A DNA stretch of 26,389 nucleotides, taken from a virus (lineage: Duplodnaviria > Caudoviricetes). Below are positions 17,623 to 25,645 of this stretch, in pieces (the stretch's first letter is position 1; each line of letters starts with the position of its first letter). The stretch lies in IMG/VR virus record IMGVR_UViG_3300012232_000044, positions 1 to 26,389 of that record, one strand, 5' to 3'. The position numbers and the translations under genes are program-made. The notes under the pieces are model-generated. The model was not told the origin of the DNA, made no database searches, and saw only the letters and a program-made list of their open reading frames with translations.

Positions 17623-17945
17623 CTTAGAGCCTCAATCAAATCATCCTTGGACGAATACTTTTCAGGGTCAACACCCTGCTCACGTGCATACGCGTCCCAT
17701 TCATCCCTCGACGCCGACTTAGCAGGAGGGCCGTCCTTCTTAGCGGGTGCCTCTGGCATTTGCACATCAGCCCCGTAATCCTCTGCAAGCTCTAGAGGAT
17801 GCTCTTCTACAGCCACCAGCCGACCGGAAGCAGTTTCCGGGTCAGGCGACGCATACGCGGGTGGCCCCACAATTACAGGCTGCATATCCATATCTTGCTC
17901 ATCCTCCTGACGGTTGGGATGAAGCTTCTCTGAAGGGTTTGCCAT
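17619..17945 (-). CDS. Acidic protein with C-terminal HeH/Rho-N-like helical motif
   Basis: 'PAKSASRDEWDAYAREQGVDPEKYSSKDDLIEAL' motif. GGAGGT SD. Confidence 0.65.
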   Translation of the reverse strand: MANPSEKLHPNRQEDEQDMDMQPVIVGPPAYASPDPETASGRLVAVEEHPLELAEDYGADVQMPEAPAKKDGPPAKSASRDEWDAYAREQGVDPEKYSSKDDLIEALS

Positions 17946-17947
17946 TT

Positions 17948-19114
17948 TTACCTCCGTCCCGATCCAACCTTAGTAACAGAAATGTTTTCAGTCTCAGTGC
18001 CGGGTTCCAGTGGCTTGTCACCAGTGCGATCATTCTGCTTACCCGCCGGTGCTCGTCCGCCACCAATTTCAGTTCCGTCAATGAGCGCCTTCAACTCTTC
18101 GTCTTCATCAATCTTGGAATTAACCATTTCCTCGATCTTCTTCATCTTGTCACCCTCGTCACCCTCTTCCTCTTCCTCGTCCTCAGAAGTTTCCATTTCG
18201 GAAACCAGCAGACGCTTTACAAGGGTACGAGTATTCTCGTTCTTGAACTTCTTTTCAAGAACCTCATCGAACATACGATCCTTGGCACTCTTAGCAGCCT
18301 GAACCGCCTTTTCCTTAATTTCAGACAGGGCTGCAAGAACGTCACCACCCTCGTCAAGTTTAAGAGCCTTGCGAATTTCTGCCATAAGATCGACAGTCGG
18401 CTTAGCCTCTTCTACTTCGGACTCCATTTCAGAAACCTTTGTTTCCAAAGGTGCTTTTACAGTGTCCTCAATTGTCTTGACAAGAGTAGGATTGTGTGCC
18501 CGAAGCTCATTCTCTGTAAGTGCTGCGATCTCTTCTGGCTTCACTTCTCCACTCTCCATTTCACTTGTGAGACTGACAAGAGCAGTTTTCATTCCTGCCC
18601 TTCCCGGCCTCGAAAGGTCGATTGATTGCAAATCAAAATCTTTTACAGATACACCTCCTTGGATTCGCTCCAGCAATGCTTTGCCGCTTACTGAAATTGT
18701 ACGAACCAACTTCCGTGCCAAATAATCACGAGCTTTGGTTCCTGGCAGAACATAGCCTTTTACAAGCAGTTTGGTTCTATCAGAAGAAGTTTGCAAACCA
18801 GCCTTCACCCACTGAAGCTGAATTTCAGGGAATGAAAAACTGTCATCCTCTGGCTTAATGTGGCCCATATATCCAACGACAGGCTCAGACGCCCCGTTTA
18901 CCTGCTCGCGGATACTGTCAAGCACTTCAGGAGTCCAGTAGCGCTTAGTCTTTGACCATCCAGACTCAATTACAAAAGTAGCGAACAGGGGATTTTCGTC
19001 ACCCTGAACAATTTCAGAAACCTGATCTTCAGTAAGTGGAACCAGCGTTGTAGCGCCAGCCGCCATTTCTGAAACGACGGTGCAATCAAATAGGTCTTGA
19101 ATTTGCTCGTCCAT
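17948..19114 (-). CDS. Prohead protease fused to scaffold
   Basis: N-terminal protease-like region (GWSKTKRYW, GYMGH, TISVSG, SIDL...RAG) followed by a charged coiled-coil C-terminal half. Located before decoration and capsid genes. Confidence 0.82.
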   Translation of the reverse strand: MDEQIQDLFDCTVVSEMAAGATTLVPLTEDQVSEIVQGDENPLFATFVIESGWSKTKRYWTPEVLDSIREQVNGASEPVVGYMGHIKPEDDSFSFPEIQLQWVKAGLQTSSDRTKLLVKGYVLPGTKARDYLARKLVRTISVSGKALLERIQGGVSVKDFDLQSIDLSRPGRAGMKTALVSLTSEMESGEVKPEEIAALTENELRAHNPTLVKTIEDTVKAPLETKVSEMESEVEEAKPTVDLMAEIRKALKLDEGGDVLAALSEIKEKAVQAAKSAKDRMFDEVLEKKFKNENTRTLVKRLLVSEMETSEDEEEEEGDEGDKMKKIEEMVNSKIDEDEELKALIDGTEIGGGRAPAGKQNDRTGDKPLEPGTETENISVTKVGSGRR

Positions 19115-19116
19115 CG

Positions 19117-19392
19117 CTACCTCTTTCGCAATCTGCTTCCAGCACGCTTGATCGTCTTCTTACCAGCATCGAACGAAACAAAACTGCGCCTGTTAAGCCC
19201 TGGACTCTGATTGCCAACCAGGTCGATATGGGTGTCTGTAATTACATTTGCTCCCGGCTGTGTGCGCCCATCAGCAGGATCGTTTTTTCGCAGAACACGA
19301 ACACGATCCTTTCCAAACGGCCCAGGAATAAATCCTCGAAAGCCTGGACGCCCTACGTTCTTGTTACTTTCACCTGACAGAATTTTCGCCAT
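19117..19392 (-). CDS. Basic hypothetical protein (91 aa)
   Basis: GAGGT SD. Arg/Lys/Gly-rich and tightly packed with its neighbours. Confidence 0.7.
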   Translation of the reverse strand: MAKILSGESNKNVGRPGFRGFIPGPFGKDRVRVLRKNDPADGRTQPGANVITDTHIDLVGNQSPGLNRRSFVSFDAGKKTIKRAGSRLRKR

Positions 19393-19393
19393 T

Positions 19394-19531
19394 TTACCTC
19401 ACCTTCAACTTGTTCGATTTGTTGCCCGGTGGTGTACTACCCTTCTTAGGCCCAAATTTGGTTTCCTTGCTTTTTCGGGAGCTACCCACCTTTCGAGCAG
19501 CAAGAACAGAAACACCTTTTGAACTTGCCAT
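19394..19531 (-). CDS. Small basic protein (45 aa) MASSKGVSVLAARKVGSSRKSKETKFGPKKGSTPPGNKSNKLKVR
   Basis: Manual translation. AGGAGGT SD, 13 of 45 residues K/R. Below the ORF-track size cut-off. Confidence 0.7.
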   Translation of the reverse strand: MASSKGVSVLAARKVGSSRKSKETKFGPKKGSTPPGNKSNKLKVR

Positions 19532-19532
19532 A

Positions 19533-19628
19533 TTACCTCCTGACTAGGGATTTGACGTAATTAATGTGAATTTCCTTCACACCCCTTGGAAGCCTACGCT
19601 TTTTCACTATCCTCTGCTTTTGCTTCAC
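19533..19628 (-). CDS. Small basic protein (31 aa) MKQKQRIVKKRRLPRGVKEIHINYVKSLVRR
   Basis: Manual translation. GTG overlaps the upstream TAG, GAGG SD, 12 of 31 residues K/R. Confidence 0.5.
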   Translation of the reverse strand: MKQKQRIVKKRRLPRGVKEIHINYVKSLVRR

Positions 19629-19888
19629 TACTTAACCTCAAATTCAACTTCGTCTTCACCGCCGTCAGAACCCCGGACTCGACCAATGCACTTACCTTTG
19701 TAATCCATAGGGAAGAGAAAAAAGTTGTTGCCATCGTTTTCTACCGTCTTGTCTTCCTCGAAATACAAATCAGTCTCAGGGTTCCTAGACGAAAGAGTTG
19801 CATAGTTCCCCAAAACCACAAAGTCCTCTTCACCTTCAATGTGCCAATTGACAATTACTGCCTTTTTACATTCTCCAACTTCCATCAT
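19628..19888 (-). CDS. Small acidic hypothetical protein (86 aa)
   Basis: AAGGAG SD. D/E-rich with beta-type patterning. Confidence 0.7.
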   Translation of the reverse strand: MMEVGECKKAVIVNWHIEGEEDFVVLGNYATLSSRNPETDLYFEEDKTVENDGNNFFLFPMDYKGKCIGRVRGSDGGEDEVEFEVK

Positions 19889-19890
19889 TT

Positions 19891-20028
19891 TTATTTTCTC
19901 CTTTTTCGCCTTCTACCAACACTGGCTGCAATCTGTTTAGGGTTTCTAGCACCCCTTGCGATTGCTCCGTATCTCTTACGAGAATAGCGTTTTTTCAATC
20001 TAAGTTTTCCAGGTCTGCCTCGTTTCAC
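19891..20028 (-). CDS. Protamine-like protein (45 aa) MKRGRPGKLRLKKRYSRKRYGAIARGARNPKQIAASVGRRRKRRK
   Basis: Manual translation. GTGA overlap with the portal stop. 21 of 45 residues K/R, no D/E. Confidence 0.62.
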   Translation of the reverse strand: MKRGRPGKLRLKKRYSRKRYGAIARGARNPKQIAASVGRRRKRRK

Positions 20029-21518
20029 TCGTTGTTCCCATTTTGTCCTGAAGTAACAGGAGTTGGGGGAACATTTGAAATTTCTGGAACAAAGTTGGAT
20101 TCGGCGTCGGCGGCCTCCTGTGTCGGGTTTTTCATGTTTGGAATAAACTGTCGTAGAAGCTCGCGGTAAGTAGAGTCTGAAATAATCTTTCGACCCGCAG
20201 CAACTTCCAGCCCCATGATGAGCATTTGCAATGCCTGGTTGTAGGCAGCTTGATCCTCAACACGAATGATTTCCCAAGATAGAGTCGCCCTAGTAGGTTT
20301 CTCACTATTGATCTTCATTACCATCTTCAGAAGGTCTTGAATGTAAACTTCAAAATTCTTTCTCTTGCGACCGATCTTAAAGGCCCAGGGAAGCGTCTGC
20401 GCGTTGTTGGCCTGATTTGCAGAACCCGCCTCAATTGTCATAAACGCCCATCGCGGAGTTTCACTGGCTACACAAATACAATCCATCAGAAAGTCAGCAA
20501 GTGTCTTAGAATCCCCGAGCACTGACTCGGCTTCAAGGAAAGACGCATCCTCTTCAGCCTGAAGGAACAGGATTTCCTTTCCCTTCCAGTTTATTACAGC
20601 GCCAGGCTTAATTTTGCCGTCCTCGTCCAAGGCTTCAGGAAAATTGTTCTTGATAAACGGCTGCACATCTTGAATTTTCAACTTAGTCTTTGGAATCGAA
20701 TGGTACTTGTGAGCTTGCAACCCCTGCTTCAGAACATCGTTGAAGGCATGAATCAAAGGAATTACAACTTCAAGTTCGCTCTGGCCTCCCTTCAGTGCAG
20801 AGTCATACTCGTTGAAAACTTCTACAATAGGGACAAAACCCCAAATGTTCGTCATGTTCCACTCAGTTAGCTCTTTTCGCTCCGTGGTGTCAAAATACTG
20901 GAAGCTTTCTGGCGTAATGATTTCTAAGATTTCATGTTCCTTCATTCTTGGAAGAGTGCCTGAAATATAGTCGCCTTCTTCCTCAATCATTTCGATCTTG
21001 TGTTTTATGATCGCACGGTCGATGATATTTTCATTCATCACGTTGCGCTCAATGACAATTCTCTCTGGTTCTATAATCACCAATCGGCAGGCGTCAGACT
21101 CGTCTACAGTCATAAGTGGATCGTCAAGAATTGAGTCTTGCTGCACACGCACGATTGTCTTAGAATCCCTCAATGCATTGCGAAGCATCTGTTGAATTTC
21201 AGAACCCCAATAAACGTGAAGGCAATTATTCAGGAAGTCGTCAAGGTTTTCATTGGCTGTAGATGCCCTTGGCAACCCTATAAAGTCAACCTGAAGATCA
21301 ATGATCGGCCTTGTAAAAAATGCGCCTAGAGAAAGATCGCTGTTCAGGTTGCCGTAAAGCTGTCGAGCACTGTCATAGCTAACAGTTGTATTTTCATAGG
21401 TTGGGCCATCATTGAATGATATTTGACCAGATACTTTGAAATTAGAACGAAGCCCTGACCAGGACATAGGCCCCCATACTCTGAATATCTGCTCAGTTAT
21501 TCTCTGCCAAACACCCAT
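20025..21518 (-). CDS. Portal protein
   Basis: 497 aa after the terminase genes, with SPP1-type portal patterns 'N.WGFVPIV...N...GQSELE.VIPLI.A.N' and 'SETP'. Confidence 0.88.
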   Translation of the reverse strand: MGVWQRITEQIFRVWGPMSWSGLRSNFKVSGQISFNDGPTYENTTVSYDSARQLYGNLNSDLSLGAFFTRPIIDLQVDFIGLPRASTANENLDDFLNNCLHVYWGSEIQQMLRNALRDSKTIVRVQQDSILDDPLMTVDESDACRLVIIEPERIVIERNVMNENIIDRAIIKHKIEMIEEEGDYISGTLPRMKEHEILEIITPESFQYFDTTERKELTEWNMTNIWGFVPIVEVFNEYDSALKGGQSELEVVIPLIHAFNDVLKQGLQAHKYHSIPKTKLKIQDVQPFIKNNFPEALDEDGKIKPGAVINWKGKEILFLQAEEDASFLEAESVLGDSKTLADFLMDCICVASETPRWAFMTIEAGSANQANNAQTLPWAFKIGRKRKNFEVYIQDLLKMVMKINSEKPTRATLSWEIIRVEDQAAYNQALQMLIMGLEVAAGRKIISDSTYRELLRQFIPNMKNPTQEAADAESNFVPEISNVPPTPVTSGQNGNNE

Positions 21519-22109
21519 TTATTCCTCCTGGCCCTTTGCTTCATCTTTTAAGAAGTTTTCCAAGCCTTCGATCATCTGAGCCGCCTCTTCTTGTTTTTCA
21601 GGTGGCAATGAACGAAGCTGCTCCAACATGTCCGCATCCGCACCAATAGTGGTTTTACTCTCATTTACATTATGCACACTCGCCTCAGACCTGCTGACCT
21701 TAGAAACCCCGGTGCGATCTAGAATTTCAGAAGCAGCCTTCAGAATCATGCCGTCATCCTGTGACGAACGTAGAACGTCTGCAATGGCCTGTACCGCCTC
21801 GATTGAGTAACCCTGCAACAACTCTAGGGCTGCGCCGGGAAGGTTCTCCTGAAGGCTCTGAAGCCTCTCTGCAACGTCTGTCTCCTCTAGAATCCCTTTT
21901 ACTTGGTTGCGCGAGACTCCAACAACGCTTCCGATTTGATTGTTGGAATACCTGGACAATTTCAAAACAATGACCATATCCTTGACGTGTTCCTTCTCAC
22001 CAGGGAGAATGGTAGATTTCACATTCATCTTCGTCTTGTAGCGACGACGAATGCGCTTCACGCTGTCCTTGTTTGCGCTTGCTCGATCTTCAGGAATTTT
22101 ACGCGGCAA
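21519..22109 (-). CDS. HTH protein, probable terminase small subunit
   Basis: HTH 'YSNNQIGSVVGVSRNQVKGIL' and TerS-like 'ILKAASEILDRTG'. Start placed at TTG 22109, overlapping the terL end; the exact start is uncertain. Confidence 0.55.
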   Translation of the reverse strand: MPRKIPEDRASANKDSVKRIRRRYKTKMNVKSTILPGEKEHVKDMVIVLKLSRYSNNQIGSVVGVSRNQVKGILEETDVAERLQSLQENLPGAALELLQGYSIEAVQAIADVLRSSQDDGMILKAASEILDRTGVSKVSRSEASVHNVNESKTTIGADADMLEQLRSLPPEKQEEAAQMIEGLENFLKDEAKGQEE

Positions 22110-23784
22110 GAACGCTCGCCTTTCCAAACGCGTCAGAAATGTCTGCTGGAATTTCAAGAGTGGGACTTCGCAAGCAAGCAATCCGCTCAAACATATCCGC
22201 GTGATGCCAGTGGTCAGGATTCTTGTTCTTTTGCCAGAACGCCCTGATCCTTCCTTGCGTGTCTTCTCTTTCAACTCTGACCATTTGCATCATGTGGTGA
22301 TAAAAGCCATTGTAATCCTTGTTGACTAGAAACTCACCTTGTTCCCTCGCATCCTGTGGGAGAATTACTCGACCGTCCATGTAATCCTTGATTGTAGTAT
22401 CAAAGGCCATAGTACGGTCAATTACACATTTTCCTGCTTCGCCATACTTCTGAGGGAACCAAACCGCAATTTCCTGAGTCGCAGGACGGTCTAGCTCAAA
22501 GCCGAGCCATACTCGACCTTGGTACTTGATCGACAAGTCTCGTGCTGCTCTCTTTTCAGGGTGCGCGTCAATTACAGCTACAAAACTATTTAGTGAAGCA
22601 AAGAACCTATCTAGCTCGTCCCATTCTTTGAAAATCTTCATAGCCCAAGTACGGCGCATTCCCGAGCGCGTGAGAGTAGACGCCTTCACATGAATAGACA
22701 TTCCCACGTCTACACCAATGTAAACCGCGCTCTCAGGAATACCGCCAAGCGTATGTTCTGGCATTACACACTTGTCAAGGATCTGTGCTGTGAACTTATC
22801 CCCGGCAGCGACATATGGGCGACCTAGAGACTGGTTGTAAAAGCTCTTCAGTTTCTTAGCGTCACGCTGGCCAAGATACCAACCCTTGATGATTTCATAT
22901 GTAGTCTGTGAAGGAGAGTTGAACTGTGTAATTTTGTAGCCACGACTTCGGCCAGTTAGATTCTGTGGAACCCATCGACCAAAGGCATTGGCAACCATGC
23001 GCTCCCAATCCTGAAATTGCCGATGGCAAAACTCGCACTCGATTACACATTCATCGGCCGTATCTCCGAGCTTCATATGGTCTTCAAAGTCAAGAACTTG
23101 AAAACGATTACAGCCAGGGCACGGTATCTCCCACAAGTGCTGATCGGACGCCCACCATCCGTCTTCAGCATCTATACCGTGCCCTGGAACCGTCGGAGTA
23201 GAAAGCATAGTCAGCTTTTTCACAAGCGAACCATCCATACGGTGCCGAGCGTCCTCTAGGTTGTCTTCCACCATACGGTCGCGTTCGTCCCACACTTCTA
23301 CGTCTACTGGAATTTCCTGAAGCTCGCGCTCGATATTCGTACCACGTATATAGAGATTAATACTCTCTGCTGATTGCTTGTGCAGCCGGTTGTCTACAGT
23401 CTTAAACGCAGACCTAAGAACCTCATGCGAATCAATTATAGGATCAATGCGAGACTGGACAAATGGAATTGCGCCGGTCTTCAGTGGGAGCAGATAAAGA
23501 TGGTGCCATTTTCGCTGTGTAATCCAGTGAAGCGTCCTCGTTAAAAAGGTCACTGTAAATGCCATTTGTGCAGCCTTAGGAATTACAATTTCATCACTGG
23601 TATCGCGGATCACCTGTTGGACGTATTCACGCCCTTCCAAGGTGAATGGCCTACCATCTACTTTCAAACCCATATTGAGTGCCCACTCATCCGGTCTAGC
23701 TAGCGTTCGGACGGATGAAAAATCTCCCGTCACCCGTGGAGCAGCCTTACGGGTTTTCCGTTTGTTTACAGCCTTAGAAGCCAT
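22099..23784 (-). CDS. terL: Terminase large subunit, lambda GpA family
   Basis: GpA-type P-loop KAAQMAFT, Walker B VEVWDE, motif III STPT, CPGC/CEFC zinc site, nuclease GVDVG and C-terminal PDHWHHAD. Confidence 0.92.
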   Translation of the reverse strand: MASKAVNKRKTRKAAPRVTGDFSSVRTLARPDEWALNMGLKVDGRPFTLEGREYVQQVIRDTSDEIVIPKAAQMAFTVTFLTRTLHWITQRKWHHLYLLPLKTGAIPFVQSRIDPIIDSHEVLRSAFKTVDNRLHKQSAESINLYIRGTNIERELQEIPVDVEVWDERDRMVEDNLEDARHRMDGSLVKKLTMLSTPTVPGHGIDAEDGWWASDQHLWEIPCPGCNRFQVLDFEDHMKLGDTADECVIECEFCHRQFQDWERMVANAFGRWVPQNLTGRSRGYKITQFNSPSQTTYEIIKGWYLGQRDAKKLKSFYNQSLGRPYVAAGDKFTAQILDKCVMPEHTLGGIPESAVYIGVDVGMSIHVKASTLTRSGMRRTWAMKIFKEWDELDRFFASLNSFVAVIDAHPEKRAARDLSIKYQGRVWLGFELDRPATQEIAVWFPQKYGEAGKCVIDRTMAFDTTIKDYMDGRVILPQDAREQGEFLVNKDYNGFYHHMMQMVRVEREDTQGRIRAFWQKNKNPDHWHHADMFERIACLRSPTLEIPADISDAFGKASVLAA

Positions 23785-23827
23785 ACGGCTCCCGAGCGGT
23801 TAGATACGTCCCCTGCAAGGTGATTTC

Positions 23828-23855
23828 AGCATAGCGAAATACACCCAAGGCACAA
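23828..23855 (-). promoter_or_regulatory. Possible sigma70-type promoter for the packaging/head operon
   Basis: TTGTGC-16 nt-TATGCT on the minus strand, overlapping the end of the terminator's T tract and about 45 nt upstream of terL. Confidence 0.3.
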
Positions 23856-23890
23856 AAAAGAGGGCCGGGGGGCAGTACCCCGACCCTCTT
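23854..23890 (-). terminator. Rho-independent terminator ending the lysis-side transcript
   Basis: AAGAGGGTCGGGG-TACTGCC-CCCCGGCCCTCTT GC-rich hairpin running into a T6 tract on the minus strand. Confidence 0.85.
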
Positions 23891-23952
23891 AGCCCGAACC
23901 TACCTACCAGGAGGGAGGCAGCGCCATGAAAGGACGCAAACCCGTTGTAGCA

Positions 23953-24477
23953 TCACGCTTCAAGGCTTGTCAAACGGCGGCTCCTACGATCCTCAGTTTC
24001 ATTGTCCTGAGTCGTATTGTAATAGTCCCGTGCCCTGACTGGCTTTCTCTCTTGTTCACCCCTGAGTGTTGCCCCTCTACGAATGGAACTTCGGTGCCTG
24101 GCTTCTTCATTTTCACGACACTCTCTCAACAAGTGCATTGCCCTAATTACAGTCTTCCTTTGAATCTTCTTTAAGCCCTCAGATTTGCGCCTTGAAAAAA
24201 ACGAATGTGATACCCCCAAGCGACGACAAGCTTCCATCTTGCCAAGCCGGTTCTGTAGCTCATCAAAGACAAATTTCACTTTATCGTACACAATCATCGG
24301 ATTTTTGGCGTCTGCCCGTTTTCTAACGCTTTGACAACTCTTGCAGCGGGCAAATGGTCTTCCTAACCTTGGCCCACTCATATATTTGTAAAAATGGTCT
24401 AAAGGAACGTAATCTCCGTCGTGGAGTGGCCCCATGCACCTTTTTCGGTTATTAATTATGAAATTTTGCCCACCCAT
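23953..24477 (-). CDS. Zinc-finger + HTH DNA-binding protein
   Basis: KRC-x4-H...FY...RCKSC N-terminal zinc-finger-like motif, HTH-like 'KMEACRRLGVSHSFFSR', and a highly basic composition. Confidence 0.65.
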   Translation of the reverse strand: MGGQNFIINNRKRCMGPLHDGDYVPLDHFYKYMSGPRLGRPFARCKSCQSVRKRADAKNPMIVYDKVKFVFDELQNRLGKMEACRRLGVSHSFFSRRKSEGLKKIQRKTVIRAMHLLRECRENEEARHRSSIRRGATLRGEQERKPVRARDYYNTTQDNETEDRRSRRLTSLEA

Positions 24478-24629
24478 TACTCTTCTATATACTTAGGGGG
24501 TAGACCCAATTCCTTCCTGCGCTGAGGGTCTTTAGTGTAATATTCAGAACTGACCTTTCCAAACCTGATCTTAAATGTGTGCCGTCGATCCTGTGTCGGC
24601 GTAGTAATTACGTCCATTCTCTTTTTCAT
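24477..24629 (-). CDS. Small hypothetical protein (50 aa) MKKRMDVITTPTQDRRHTFKIRFGKVSSEYYTKDPQRRKELGLPPKYIEE
   Basis: Manual translation. AAGGAG SD, ATGA overlap upstream and TAATG overlap downstream. Confidence 0.65.
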   Translation of the reverse strand: MKKRMDVITTPTQDRRHTFKIRFGKVSSEYYTKDPQRRKELGLPPKYIEE

Positions 24630-25645
24630 CTTGACTCCTTGCTTATTTTCTGACTTAGTGCGTCAAACCTTACAAGAGCCAAAGCCTTGTCATTAAAAGC
24701 GTAATCACCATCTAGGGCGACCGCAGCCCTCATTGTATTCCATGTGAGCTTCCCATAATTGGGATTTGGGTCTAGATCAACTGAAATTTTCCATTCTACG
24801 AGCTTTTTTGCCAATGTCTTACCGAAGTAGGTCGTAGGATTATTGAAAGGCCCAAAACCCATTCTGTCTAGGGCAATTTTCAATGCTTTTACCGTCATAC
24901 CCCGATTTGGCTTGAATTTCGACCCATCAGGGTAATATGGGCCGGTAAATGGGAATTGTTCAACTGAAAGCGGGGGTTTAATGGGCAACACACATGGCTC
25001 CCATACTCCTGTCGGCCCCCAAGCCCCGTAATTCGGGTAAATGTAGGTCAAATCGTCCACTGTATAAAGCTGATACGGAGTTTTCAATGGGTAATCACTA
25101 GGCTGAGGCTGTACCCCATTTACGTCGTAAGTGCCGAAGGTATACATCACGCATGAAAATCCCTTAGTATGCGCGTGAGCCTTGCACGCTTCATACTGAC
25201 CAGAGATAGGAACTTCCAATGGAAATATCTGAAGCATCATCGGCAAGTGAATAAGTGGCGACCAATCGACGTTATCGAAGAGCCAACACTCCATTGAAAT
25301 AGCCGCTGCTCGACCGATCAGCTTATTTGCGACCTGTTGAGAGGTAAAAACTCCCTGATCTATCTGCTTTTCAATATTTACAAGTGGTTGTGTACCCCAT
25401 TGGTCTGCAATGCTACAAAGACGGTCAAGATCCTCCAAATTCCAAATGTAACACCACGGAACAACAATCATTCCATGTTGTGCGGCTCTCACGCGTACCA
25501 AATCCCATCTTGACGGCGGAATTTCCTTCTGTACGTTGCAGGCGTAGATTCCGAAGCCCGCAGCCTTCATTTTGTCAATGTCCTCTACTCCACCCGCCGG
25601 ATCACGGGCAAAAAGAAGATTGTGTTGTGTAAATATGGTTTCCAT
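24626..25645 (-). CDS. Endolysin: TIM-barrel glycoside-hydrolase-like domain + peptidoglycan-binding domain
   Basis: C-terminal PG_binding_1-like 'GMTVKALKIALDRMGF...YFGKTL...YGKLTW'. N-terminal GH25-like pattern 'MKAAGF...HGM.VVPWCY...VNIE'. Confidence 0.68.
   Translation of the reverse strand: METIFTQHNLLFARDPAGGVEDIDKMKAAGFGIYACNVQKEIPPSRWDLVRVRAAQHGMIVVPWCYIWNLEDLDRLCSIADQWGTQPLVNIEKQIDQGVFTSQQVANKLIGRAAAISMECWLFDNVDWSPLIHLPMMLQIFPLEVPISGQYEACKAHAHTKGFSCVMYTFGTYDVNGVQPQPSDYPLKTPYQLYTVDDLTYIYPNYGAWGPTGVWEPCVLPIKPPLSVEQFPFTGPYYPDGSKFKPNRGMTVKALKIALDRMGFGPFNNPTTYFGKTLAKKLVEWKISVDLDPNPNYGKLTWNTMRAAVALDGDYAFNDKALALVRFDALSQKISKESR

Noticed and set aside
17747-18858. 292 aa and other plus-strand ORFs
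   Set aside because: Antisense to the protease/scaffold gene. The hydrophobic and Ser bias mirrors its Glu/Lys codons.
22110-22274. N-terminal extension of the 251 aa ORF
   Set aside because: It overlaps terL by 176 nt. A TTG start at 22109 near the terL stop is more parsimonious.
23785-23952. tRNA in the largest intergenic gap (contains GGTTCG)
   Set aside because: No cloverleaf could be built. The structure is explained by the terminator.
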